Origin: Lingula anatina
Lineage: Eukaryota; Animalia; Brachiopoda
Length of the DNA stretch: 64,000 nt
NCBI GenBank assembly: GCA_051362555.1
Contig: CM120640.1
Span: 45,424,788-45,488,787, forward strand
Direction: 5' to 3'
Part shown: in pieces, positions 33,049 through 46,329 of the stretch
Layout: every line of letters starts with the position of its first letter
Numbering within the stretch: position 1 is the first letter of the stretch
Notes under the pieces: generated by a model
Databases searched by the model: none
Told to the model about the DNA's origin: nothing
What the model saw: the letters and a program-made list of their open reading frames with translations, nothing else
Program-made: the position numbers and the translations under genes

Positions 33049-36000
33049 ATGCTATCTGTGGTGCTATTTTGGTGCTTAGTGGCACTGGGTCAGAGTCGTC
33101 CAACCAAGGATGGAGACATAAAAGATGTGGAATTCAGAATGCCTAATGTTCAGCCTCAAAAGGTTTGTAAACTGTAGTCAGGATATCTACTAAGTATACG
33201 AGCAATAAAGATAGTTGCATATGTGCCGATATCAAACAAAACTGTGGTAGTGATCTCTGTATTACATTTACAAACTTTTACATAAATATATATTGATATA
33301 TATTTGATTCAAAGACCATAGGGTGCATTAACTTAAAAAACATGAATTCTTTTTTATCCAGTTTGTCACGCATCAGAAAATATCTGTGTCAGATATGTTT
33401 ACCACACATTTGACTGTCTTTTATTATGGGTGCAATTCATTTCTTAAGAATGATCTGAATATAATGAATCCTTCATTATGGGTAGCAACTGTGAAAAGAA
33501 AAGGTCACAATGAATAGAACACAATAGCTTCCTAGTTATTTGTATTTCAATTATGTGTTCTGGTTTGATTGTGAAAATATTATCCGTGATTGTATTGTAT
33601 TAAGGCTACAGAAAGGTCCTAATAAAAGATTAATAAGTGAATAAATTAACAGATAAATTAGAACCCTAGAGCAGAACCCAAGGTAAAATGTAAATGGTAA
33701 TTTTAGTAAAAGGGGACTTGAATTTAGTTAAAACTATAACATCTTTCCTTTCTCTCCTGAAGAACTGTCTGTCTTAAAATTTCCTTGAAATTTCTGAAGA
33801 ACTTCTGAAGTCTGTTATAAAGAAACAAACAAGAAAAAACAGGCAAACAAATAAATGCCAATGAAATAACACAATCTCCTTCTTTGGCAGATGTAATAAT
33901 AAGTAATGCAGATAAACCTTATATCGTAGATAATTTTCTACAATCTTTTAAATTAACTTTGTTAACTATGTTTTTATGTCACTGGCCCAAATTGTGTCAC
34001 CAACTATGACTTTAAGTGGACTGTTTTCAAGACTTGAATAAAACATGTCCATTGAATACTCTGGAAGTTGTCACATTTAAAACAAACACAATGGTAACAT
34101 TACTTGACTTTCTGTAATATGTAAGCCTAATGGGTTTTCACTGTCTACTTCATAAACATGATGTAACAGAGCAGATTCTTGTTTTTTCTCTGTATTTTTG
34201 AAAGCTTTTTTTATGAAAGAAACTATTCACTTGAGGAGTAAAATAAGTTTGTTTCTAAGTTTGTATCTTCATTTCAGAATTAAATAATTTTTCATCAAAA
34301 ATACCACTCACATAACAAATAAGTGATGGAAAATATTAAAGAATGAATCTGAATAGGTATTGTTGCAATGATATTCAAACAAAGGGAATGTTTTTTTTTA
34401 AATCATTAAAGTATTAAGAAAAAATTGGTCTGAAATTTTTGATCTTTTACAATTGTTTAAAAATGATTGATTTTCGATCTGATGAAAATGATGGATGTGT
34501 AACTATACAGCAGTATACAAAATCTATTTTGCAGCCTGATACCTATTTATGTGTGCCAATGAAGATGGAAGAAGTTGCCAAATATGTAGGTATGTTACAA
34601 ATTTACTGTTACATGTTGTTTGTTTGGTTATTCAAAAATGTTCATATCTCTCATCAATTTGAGCCTGACAGAACACAGTGATTGACATATTTTTGAAAAA
34701 AAAAAGATCATAGCTAGGTGTGTCCACACATTGGACAATATTATATTCATTAATTTTACTTATCTATGCCATCTGGCATCACAAGCTTTATATTGTTTTT
34801 GACTTGGTTATTTGTGCTGATGATACATGTAAATAACCCACTTTATTAGGACTGTTAATTGTGCAATATCAACAGAACTGGCTTTGGACTTTTGGGGTTT
34901 CCATTTAACATTAGGGACTTAATGAAAATCAAATGGGACTTACAGAATTGGCTGGAAGTCAAAATGTTATTTTTTCGGTCGAAGGTCTCATTTTCTGTGT
35001 ATAATAGATACACTGGAGTCATTTGATAATTTACATTAAAAGCCGGATTGGGGCAAATGACATAAGGAATATGCTCCTGCTCTGATAATAAAGAATAATT
35101 GGCAGAATTTTACATGTCTGCTACCTCGTATTAGTTTCATGATGTGAAACCTGTAATAGTCAACTTATATTCAGTGCCTGGGCATTGAGTCCTTGCAAAT
35201 AACATAAACGTGCTTCAAAACATGCTATTAGCACTTCAAGTTCACCTTACAGTACCAAGTGTACAATGGCATCAAATCAGAAAAACATATAAACAATGAA
35301 CATTCTGGGAAAATTTATTGGATTAGAACAAGAGATGTGGGTGACTTTTCATTTAAATTCTTTCACATTTTTTTTAGGAATAAAAACCTTTTAAGTGTCA
35401 TGATTTATGGATGGCTTCTGGCCTTGGTAGTTGATTACACACAGTATGGAAGACATTGTATGCTTTGTACTTCTCTTGGCCTGTGTGATTAAATTTACAG
35501 AGAAGTTATTAGTAAAAATCAATAAACCACATGCTGGAGTAATAAATTTAATCAGAATCTTCATAACAGAAACCTCCTAGATAACAGACTACAGAGTGTG
35601 TGAACTTTTTGCTGTTGTGATCACTATGACAGTTTGACAGTTTTTAAAATTTACTGACTGCAAAACATTGCATGGCTTATAGAAGAATGGTACATAAAAA
35701 TGCCCATTAATACACTTATCATGTACATTTGTTCTCCGTATGTGTTTAAGTGGCTCTATGTGGAGTCCTTATGAGGAAATTAAGTTGGATATATTTTGTG
35801 TCATATAACCCTGATAACCTATATTGATAAGATATGAAAGTTATTTTCAACAGATTGATATTCTGTAACTATAAAAGTTTTATTCAGAGAAACCTCCAAT
35901 TACTCCCCAACAACAGTTTTCATCCTGGATTTCAGTCTTCCCTAACAGTCTGCCCTCTATGATTGTTTCAAATGGTGTATGTGCCCTTTTTTACATATTT

Positions 36001-36076
36001 TTGAGCTGGAAATTTTGATATAACAACCTCAGATATTACACTATGCTCTCATTAATCCATTCCCTTGATGATCTGC

Positions 36077-36123
<47 letters not shown>

Positions 36124-39100
36124 TTTTCAGTTGGATTTGTTCCCCATGCCAACATGTCCACTGCCCACCACATGCTGCTGTATGGGTGTGAAGAGCCTGG
36201 GCAGACAGACAAGGTTTGGTAAGTGCTGTCACAGGATCTTACGTCTCTACCTGCAGACAGTTGTGATAAGGTTATAAGATTTATGGCTCTGTGGTCTAAG
36301 GTAAAAAGTGTTGTCAATTGTTTTTACTTTGATGTACTCAATTATCTTACCAGAATGATGGAAAATGTCAAATTTCTTCAAAAACCTGTTAATTGCATAT
36401 GGGCATCTATAATTTTCGTTGTGTGAACCAGGAGTGATTTTTTTATGTGTTTATTTATTTATTTTATTTTATTTTAAAGATGTGAAGTGCATTCTTCCCT
36501 GTTGGAATATAATTTTGTAGCTCTTTGTAAGTTAAAAATATAATATGCTAATAATGTTAGCACATATGAGGCAGTCCAATTATACAAGATATTTTCCCCA
36601 TTAAGCAAATACCTGCCTTTATCATGAGTAAAAAGATGATTCTCGAAATTTTAGTATATCCAAGGTAAAGCATTTCCATATTTCTGATTTGCAGATAATG
36701 TGATATCCTCTCACCAAAAGAACAAAACATATAGTGATTTTCTCTGATTTTCTTTGTTAAGAATAATGATTATCTTTCAAATGGTAATTTGAGAGATGCT
36801 TAAGATAGCTGTATGAATAAGATGTTGTTACTGTTTCAGGAATTGTGGAGAGATGTCAATGAAGGAGAAAAGTTCTTATACCATGGCTCCAGTGTGCCAA
36901 AAAGGATCTGCCATCATTTATGCATGGGCAATGGATGCTCCTCAACTGACGCTCCCCAAGGGTAACTATGAGATATTACTGACCTAAAACTGTTACACTA
37001 ATGTACACAAGATATCTTAATACATATGGAATAGACAACAAATTTTTACATTTGATTGATTTGTGTAGCTTGTAAATAAAGTGTTTTCCTAATAATACCA
37101 TTGATTTTTAAATTAATGTTTTTTTGCTTATATGTTAAATACTTAAGGTAGACTATTTTCACTTTCTACTTTTATTAGATACATTAAAGTTGTTATTAAA
37201 ACAATTCTGAGTTGTCAGTTGTATTTCACATTTACTGTTGGGAAAATCCCACTGATTATTTTAATTTCATGGTGTTACATTTATGCCCAACAGGCTTAGT
37301 GCTTTCAGTCTTTCCCTTCACACAGACTTGCTTCAGGGCACCAGATTCATGCTCTACACTTTATTACATGTACGAGTGCACCCTGTAAAGAGTCACAAAA
37401 ACCATTTCTTAAAGTTAATAAACATTGATTTTTTACTCACTGAATAAATCTCCAAGATGTCACAAAATGTTCATCTGTAAATCCTTTATTTTACAAAAGG
37501 ATGTCACCTATTGGTCATTTTGGTATTGATAATTTTGACCAGTGTGCCACTCTTAGTCCTGCCCGCTAACTGGACTAATTAAGTTATGGTAGTAAACATG
37601 AAACCACCATGAAACCATACAAATACAGTTGAAGCTTTAACAAAATGACTGTAAGAAATTGTTGATAAACTGGGAGCCAAACTTCATAATGAGCTGCTCT
37701 GGCATGCTTCTCTTTATAGTAACTTATTGTCCTTTTTGTCCACATATTATATCGTACCTTGTCTCTTCAATTCATCCTTATCAAATTTTCGGCCAGAAAA
37801 CTCCAATTTAAAAGATAAGATATTTCTTTCAGATGTTGGCTTCAAGGTCGGTGGAAACTCTGAGATCCAGTGGCTGGTTTTACAGGTTCACTACAAAGAT
37901 GTCAGTAATTTTGTCCCGCCCAAGTCTGGATCTGACCATTCTGGAATCACAATGAAGGTCACAGAGACAGAGTGAGTATTCAGAAAGATATCTGATCAAA
38001 CTGGGTATGGATTATGTCAAAGATGACAATTTTCTGGACATAATTTGGATTTGGCTTTGTTCTTCTTCAAGATAAAAAATTTCACTGTGTTCTTATTTGG
38101 TTTGTTAATTTTGCCTTTAGGAAATTTTTTTATCAATGTAACCTCAATAGTTTCTTTTTTTGTGGAAAAAACATTATTTTAAATCATTGCATGATTTTGA
38201 TTTTATTAAACAAAGATATCTGGGTCACATGTTTTTGATGGTTTACAATTACACTACTGTTAATTGGTCATGTGGCTGACCTGTATTTATTTTGCTTACC
38301 AAATTCATGAAGAACAAAGAAATCCAAAGTACATTATTCAGAAGAAACCGGGGATTATTCAGAAGCTTATATATTCAAGTCTCACTAGATTTGTATTGCA
38401 TCATGATGATAACAAAGGTAATTTTTCTGACAGTTTAATCTGCTGGTAATTTGTGATCATAAATACTACAAGGCAATTGAAAGCTCCTCTCAGAAACCTT
38501 GTCCTGCTTGGTGAAGATCCAGTATTCTTATCAGAATCTGCTGTACATATTCAAGCATAGTAACTCCATGTGCATCTTTGTATATAATTATGTGTTCAAT
38601 TTTCATAGCTTCTATAAGCAAAGAGCTCATTCCAAACAATTGTCAAATTTGTGCCAACTTATTACTGGTAAATACTGCAAGGTTTTAAAACCACCAGCAT
38701 CAAAGTTATATTGGTGAAATATGACTTTGCAGCCAGGGGTGTTACAAGTACCATGTAAGTTAGACATTGGCTATACATAATTTTTGGCTTGCAAAAATGA
38801 TGCTTATTATCCAAAATCACATTTGACTCTCTTTTTGGCCTTAATCACACAAATACATTGATCGAACAACACTAATGAAGGCATTCGGTCCCTTAAGTCC
38901 TTATTTCCTGTCTGAAGTGAGAAATCTAAAATATGATGTGAGGACCTTCATGTCTAATGAGTTTCTGTGTGAAATGCTAGCTATTAATCTTGGATAATCT
39001 AAGATTATTATTAATTTCTCAGCAGACAGTGCCCACATAGAACATTTAGAGGGATAATAGGGTGTGTTTAATGAACATTTGTAATAAAACAAAAGCCTGT

Positions 39101-42100
39101 TTACTGGGATAATGCCCACGTCTTTATTTATTATTAGCTTTTGACATAAATCTGTGGTATGCAAATAATTTAGGAACTGAAATATGACTTCTTGTTAGCA
39201 TAGAGAAATGTTTTTCAGGATTTTGTAATGGAATTATAATTCAAAACATGCATTAAATTTGTTGTTTGCAGGATAATGACTATCAAAAGTACAATTTAGG
39301 AATATAAAAATGCATGCAATTTCTATTGAAAACCTATTTTGCATTATGCTCTGAAGCTGCATTAGGTCTTGAAATTCATTTCTGTGTATTTATTTTTTTT
39401 AATCACAAGCTTTTTTCATCCAAGATGGTTGGGCCATTAAGATTTTTCTCTTGGAGGAGTAAAAGATTCATATAAATTATAAATCTTATCTAAATTTTTC
39501 ATGATTTACTGAGTTATTTACCTTACCATCCAGTCAAGCGAACAAAAGAAAATCCAAGGGAATTTTTTGAGTGCCAGTTTGCTGGTAATCATACTGCTTT
39601 TACAGGGATCAAGGAACATAATACAGGAAACTTAACCTGGAGGGAGAAAAGAGAATTGATAAATGAACTATTTAAAGAGAAAAAAAACACAAAATGGGCT
39701 ATTTTTACTCACTTGGGGGAACAAGAATGATAACAACTATGTTTTTGTTTTCACATTTTGTTAAACTATTTTCAGCTAAGCCTGGTTTGCCTGCTGTACA
39801 TAGAACAAAAAAATCAATGTAGACACAATGCTTCCATAAGAATTGCTATTTTTTCATTTCTTACCTATTGCCAGCCAGGTTAAAAAATACTGTAGAAACA
39901 TAAGAAAGAGTACAGAAGATTGGTTATAAAAAAGTAACTGTACCATTGAAAATTTGTCAGATATATTATAAATTAAGCACGAAAAAAAAAATGTTATTTT
40001 TAAATTTGAAACAACATTTCCTGTGGTTAGGGCCCATTACGTCAAGGCAGGGATGGTATAAGTGTGTTGATCACAAAATGTATTGAATACTAAAACTTTG
40101 TTTAATTTCTTCTTACAGGCAACCCAAGCGAGCTGGTGTTTATTTGCTGGGAACAGATGGACGCTTAGATCCTCATGAGACTGGTATGATAAGATAAGAT
40201 ATTGCAACACTAATGACGTCTGTTGTCACCCTGAGTTTCACAGTGCCATTGCCACTGGCTCCCTCTATAAGCATACTTAAACTCTTTTTACAACTATAAC
40301 CAATTATTTTATGTAGCTTTATGAAATTGGAATCCAACAAAATCAATGATAAAGAATGTGAGTCATTTGTTATCAACTTATCACAACTGAACCTGCATTA
40401 TTTTGTTTTGGTATGTAGTATTAAGATCAGAGACATGATGTTTTTTTTTTTGTAATTTTTTTTTTTTTTTTTTTTGAAGAAGAAGAATGCATTATGTTTA
40501 TGTTTGCGCTTCGGCAATTTTCTTGTTGAAATCAGTTGATTTTCATTTGTGATGCTAAAGACTGGCTACATGTAATATAATGATATTGTTTTTGAGGCAA
40601 AGAATTATTTCCTTTTCAGTATACATGGAGGCAGCTTGTAAGATCACAGAGGACATTGTCATGCATCCATTTGCCTTCAGAACCCATGCTCACACTCATG
40701 GTGAGTTGTGGCCAAACACTGTAATGAAATTTTACAAGTTCTTTGAAGCATAGTCATTTCACCATTTTTACCCATCTGCACCTGTTCTTGTCTGACTGAG
40801 TATAGTGATTTTTAGCGTTATAACAATTAATTACTTTTTACAGCCACCATTTGTGGAGATACAAAAAAAAAAAAGAATATAAATTTGAAAAGATGTCAGG
40901 AGTTCAATTATGAATGGGTAGAGTGAATGATTTTTTAAAATGTGGCAACCAGTTAAATAGAAGTTTGAGGTAAATGAGCGAAAAAAAGTCAAAGTTGTGT
41001 GTAGGTGTTGTTTCATCTTAGTTTCAATATTAGATTAAGATTGATCACAATGTTCCAACCGTGAAGATATTCAAAACTTTGAATACTGGAATGAAGGTGG
41101 ATAATGGGTGGCAACACAATTTTATGTACTTAATGTTCTTATTCCACAGGCCAAGTAAATGCTGGATATAGAGTACGAGAAGGACAATGGACAGAGGTTG
41201 GACGACAGACTCCCAAAAAGCCTCAAATGTTCTACAATACTACTGACCCAGATTTGACAGTCAGAGAAGGAGATTACTTGGTTTGTGGAAAATTTTATCT
41301 CAAAATTTATAATCTGTTTCAATCCACATTCTTTTTTCATTTTATTTATATTTAAAAGAAGTACATAAATATGTCAGAGGTAGTATTACATAGCTGTCTA
41401 CAAACGGGTGTAGCATTATGCGTCTATAGTTTATGCATTGTTATTCCAAAAATGCATCATATTTGGTCACCTTGTATAAGAAAGCTAAGTTTGAAATTTA
41501 CAGCAGCTTTTTTCTTTTCTTTTTCCTCCCTAAAACAATCAGTTTCAACCAGTTTATAGAGATTACATTAGAAATTCCTGATTTCAGGCTGCCAGATGTA
41601 CTATGACCAATGATGAGGACAGAACAGTTCATGTTGGGTAAGGATGTGATAGAAATACATGTGGCATTTAAATTCTTATTTTTATAGTTAAAAGTATACT
41701 TTCTTCTGTGTTCAACAGAGAAATACTGACACATTTGGACTGATAGCTTTAAGTGAATGTGGTACATTGAACGGACACAATGTACAGTTTTTAACTCAGG
41801 GTTATAGTCCTGGTTGTATCTCTCTCACACACAACAATAAGAGAAACTGTGTAAAATGAACAATGCACTTCTTCTCACACAGACATCCAATCACACACAC
41901 ACATGCATACAAAGATCAAAATAATATTTTTTGGAAAGTTGAGAAATGTTCAGCAGTTTTGAAAGCACTGTGCATTCACCATGCCATCAGATACCTTACT
42001 TTAACCATTCTTTGTTTTATCACAGCCCTACCCAGAATGATGAGATGTGCAACTTCTACATCATGTACTACGTCACTGGTGACAAGATCCTTCGCAATAA

Positions 42101-42440
42101 CTACTGCTTTAGCTCTGGGCCTCCTCGCTGGTACTGGAGCAAAATAGGTGCTCTGAACTACCAGGCTGCCCCCAAGAGTGCCAGCATGCTCCCAGGGTCA
42201 GATAAGCTTCTGGTGGAGACAATGTCCCACTATGACAAGTACGCTGATCCTGAGTACCGAGAGCTGGACTCCATGGATGATCAACTGCTAGTAGATGAGC
42301 TGCTAGGCAGAAATGGGGACTTTGAGGATGAAGATGAGGAGGATGAAGATGAAGAAGGTTATGGGGATGAGGAGGAGCAAGATTATGATAGAGAGTATAA
42401 GACTCTGTTGAAGCTTTATGAAGAACTTAATAGTTTATAG
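33049..42440 (+). CDS. PHM: Peptidylglycine alpha-hydroxylating monooxygenase, monofunctional PHM (~419 aa, secreted)
   Basis: Exons 33049-33162, 34535-34589, 36131-36218, 36840-36961, 37833-37971, 40119-40183, 40620-40700, 41150-41280, 41588-41637, 42026-42440 (TAG). Signal peptide MLSVVLFWCLVALGQS; CuH ligands in AHHMLLYGC and VLQVHY; IIYAWAMDAP; CuM ligands in PFAFRTHAHTHG and DEMCNFYIMYY. Confidence 0.95.
33820..33902 (-). mobile_element. Decayed 5' end of a Helentron-associated (HINE-like) element
   Basis: Minus strand reads ttattacatctgccaaagaaggagattgtgttattt...tttgtttgcctgt: T-rich start, short hairpin, then a GTTT/GTCT-type microsatellite. Confidence 0.35.
36078..36126. repeat. (TTTA)n microsatellite forming the polypyrimidine tract of PHM coding exon 3
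   Basis: About 11-12 TTTA units ending immediately before ttcag| at 36130. Confidence 0.9.
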
Positions 42441-42460
42441 ATGGCTAAAGAGTTTCGTAA

Positions 42461-42964
42461 GGGCCCTGTTTCACAAAAATGCTACAATCAGTTTTGTAAC
42501 TAAAATTTTAGACCCCAGAGATTTAGCTGACTAAGATTCATTTCACAAAAAATCTTAAATGCTGCTGACCTAGTTTTTGTCATCTTAAAACTAATCCCAT
42601 GACCACAACACATACGTACCTCACACAACAGTAATGGTAACCATAACAAATTGATGAATTCAACATAATTCATCTTTTAGAATCAGTTATGTATTAGATG
42701 TCTGATTTTCACCCAATCATGATGGAAAAATGTAACAATTAAGCCATCTATGAATATATTAATTACAAGCACAGTGTTAGCTTGTCACTGACTTTTGCCC
42801 AACTTCGTAATTTGGCCTGCTATCAAAAGAGCACTAAGATAAAACATTCTAACACTTTGTAAAAGACTCTCAGACAATGCAATGCTGGATTGCTTGGTAA
42901 AAATGATTTTAGCAGTCTTAGTTTATTAGTCCATAGACGTAAGACTTTTTGTTAGACAGGGCCC
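42461..42964. mobile_element. ~500-bp MITE (PIF/Harbinger-like termini) in the PHM 3' region
   Basis: TIR gggccctgtttcacaaaa versus ttttgttagacagggccc; preceded by TAA; begins 20 nt after the PHM stop codon. Confidence 0.65.
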
Positions 42965-44395
42965 AGGATTATTTTTACCAAAGATATGCAGCTCTATGGA
43001 TTAGGTTCATTTTAGAATTTTTCCTCTAGATAAACTTGATAATAACTGAGCCATGACATAGCATAGCAAAATTTCAGGACTGCCACATACTCTTCTTGCA
43101 AATTTGCCATAAATTTTGAAGAAGGGATTTTACCATGCTAATGAGGTCTGTTGCAAATTTGCAATAGCAATTGATATGTTAGCTGCTGTCAATTGGTAAA
43201 CAATGGTTAGGCAATGATGTCAAAAGTTAAGAGCTTAGAGGTGAAAAATAAATCTAACCCTAGAAATTGCATTGATACATTTATTATATTACATGGTTGA
43301 TGATTTGAGAATGATGATTTTACTCTATGATAAATATTTATGTAGGAAGGAGGGATCGAGTTACAGAGAGGATTATTACATTCTAAGTTCTATGATTATG
43401 TCCCCTGAATATAATATTTTAAACAAATTAGATAATTTTGGCATGGTCACAAATTTTATATTTTAAGATGTTTTACAGAACTGGTATCATGCTTCTGTAA
43501 TAAGATATGTTAGACCAAGAGAAGCAGTATTGTACAGCACAGACAATGCCCAAATTACAGAATGGCATCTTAACAGCTTATATTTTGCATTGAAATTTTT
43601 AAAGTAAATTTTGGAGAAATAAGTTATTTATGAACTGAAAATTAACTAAAGCTCGATTATCTTTCAGATGTTTGATTCAGTACATTTTTCTGTAATTGTA
43701 CAGTAAAATTTGTATGACTGATGACATGGCAATTGGTATTGCTAGTGTTAAGGATTAATCTGAAATAAGCTACTTTCTTGACATTTATCAATGAAAGTAA
43801 TTTTATTTCTGAAGTTGATAGGTGAATGAGACTTATTAGTTGTCTTTGTAGATTTTAGATAAAGATATTTTTATTATGGCTCAATATAGTTTTAACAGTC
43901 TCATAAAAAAGTTATTAGGAATACTGTCTCTTCTTGTCAAAACAGAGCTTACTTGGTGCCTTTGTTTGATTCTTAACAATTATCATATTTCATATCATGG
44001 CTGTTGTCAAGAACAGTACACGGGTATATCTCATACATTACACACATCATGCATGAATGCGAGATGTATGTGTCATATTTGGATCTTTTGTTCTCAATAT
44101 CTGCCATGGCATATCTAGTCACATACACCGTGCTGACTTGTGGTGTATCTTTTTCTTAAATTTCACTAAGAAACAGGAATAGACAGTAAGTGGATATACG
44201 CTTCTTTAATTTCACTTGTATTTGCTACAGATGAAAATGTCTGTTTGTAAGATCCAAGGTTTTGTTAAGAGGTTGAGGAGGAGGGGAGAGACACATGGGT
44301 AATGAAACAATATTGTCACACATTTGAATGTTTACAGGCAAGAAAAATAATTTGAGAGAAGCAAGGGGAGGGGAAGGGACTGTTACATGCTCTCC

Positions 44396-44397
<2 letters not shown>

Positions 44398-44448
<51 letters not shown>
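44398..44448. repeat. (CA)n microsatellite
   Basis: About 25 CA units. Confidence 0.95.
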
Positions 44449-44450
<2 letters not shown>

Positions 44451-45601
44451 GACTGTCACACTGGTATTGGCATGTGTGGTCAGTGGTTTCAAGTTGTGCT
44501 TTTATATTTCAGGTCATTCTTTCACATTCTGATCTTAGTCATGTGTGTGATGTCAAAAATCAATGGTTTTAAAAGGATTCATCAGATAGGGAGTAAATTT
44601 ATAGAATAATACATCACATGATCGAATTACTCCATTTTTACAATCAAAAATATATTTCTTCTGTGTATTGAGTTGCAACTGATGCATTTGATATAAAGAT
44701 GTATTTCTTTTCATATCTATATTCAGATGGCTAATAGGTTTCTTCTGTCTTAATTAACTCAAGTTCAAAGATTGTAACAGTTGAAGGTGAGAAATGTGAT
44801 GTGGAGGGGAAGGAAAGAATTCTGAATATTTATTTTTTAGATTTCTTTCAATTTTTTGTGCAATAAAATTTTGAGTGATTTCTGTGGGTAATATTTAGAA
44901 AGAACTAGAGGCATGATAGAATTCCCAAAATTTTAAAACTTGTTTTAGTTCTAAAATTACTGATTTACTGGTCCAGGATGGTAAAACTCTTTAAATGGTG
45001 TTAAATGGTTACAAAACTTTAATTATTTTTACCATATAAAATTTACCTACCTTGTTTGGGACAATATCAAAGAGTTGGAGACTTTAAAAATAAACTTAGG
45101 TTATGGACAGCATAATCAAAACAATCTCTGAAATTATGATTTATTGAAAATTTCATCTATAAAGTGTGAAAATAAAGAAGCAAAATCAAACCTTTCTTTT
45201 TGTTGTTTTTTCTTTCTTAGTGTGTTAGCATTTTAAAGCCAGCAATAATGACACATCTTCTTCATGTGAAAAAACACTGCATGTGTGGACTACAGAATAC
45301 TGACACAGGTTGCTTAGATAATACTTATATTTTGCATTCATAACATGAACCTCATTTAGATTTTGATATTGCCCTACTCATTTTGACTATAAGGGAATGG
45401 AAACAATGTTCTGCAGGTGGAGACAGACCATGTGATTGTGTTAGCTGCTCCTGCCAGATCCAAAATAATGCTAAGGGCAACAAGGGAAAAGAATAGAAGA
45501 AGACAATTTTACTATCATATGCAAGGCACAAAGATTAAAGAAATTCTTGGTTTTGGCCCTTTTTCTTTGGGAGAAGGGTTAGGTCAGAGAGAAAGGGATG
45601 A

Positions 45602-45767
45602 CAGGTCTGTAGCCAGCAAATTCAAAAGGGGGGTTCTTTTTCTGTAAAGTGGACCTTTTATAATGAAACCTTTGTGTACCTAGATCAAATTGTGCCCAAA
45701 ATGGACTTTTTTCTGACAAAAAGGGTGGTTCTTTTGAACCCCCCGAACCCCCCTGGCTACGGGCCTG
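45602..45767. mobile_element. 166-bp MITE with CAGG termini
   Basis: TIR caggtctgtagccag / ctggctacgggcctg; GATGA directly flanks both ends; a second copy lies at ~29937-30132. Confidence 0.75.
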
Positions 45768-46171
45768 GATGAGCATGTGTCCTCCCCTGGGTCCACCATT
45801 GCTAAAATGATTGACTAGCTAAGCTGTAGCACATTACTTAATTAATTGCATACAACATACTAATCTCTGAATTAAATGTGCAATTATTGTGTAACATTTT
45901 TTTATTGTGTAGAGCACATGTACTAGGCAAACTTCATATAAAGTAGAATGTGCTTTTTTATGTTATTATAGAAAAACTATTGCAATTGTTAAAGATAATA
46001 ATCTTTATGGAGCACTAAAATGTGTACAAGTTACATTTTACAGGCTCTCTACTCTGATTATAACATCTTTACAACAACTATATAAATCTATACAAAATAC
46101 ATATGGAATGATTACTGGGAAGTAGCACAGAATAAAACGACTATTGCTATTGATGAGTGTATCATTTTTTC

Positions 46172-46311
46172 AAACTTTCATATATATATTTTCAGAATAT
46201 CATTTTCAGAATTTCATATATCATTTTCAGAATATATATATATGAAAGTATTCTGAAAATGATATATGAAATTCTGAAAATGATATTCTGAAAATATATA
46301 TATGAAAGTTT
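46172..46311. repeat. Perfect 63-bp-arm AT-rich inverted repeat
   Basis: 46172-46234 is the exact reverse complement of 46249-46311, with a 14-nt spacer. Confidence 0.9.
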
Positions 46312-46329
46312 AGCCTTTTTTTCTGATGG

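Noticed and set aside
45417-45647. ORF after a cag acceptor as a possible PAL or extra PHM exon
   Set aside because: No resemblance to PAL/NHL repeats; it runs into a MITE.
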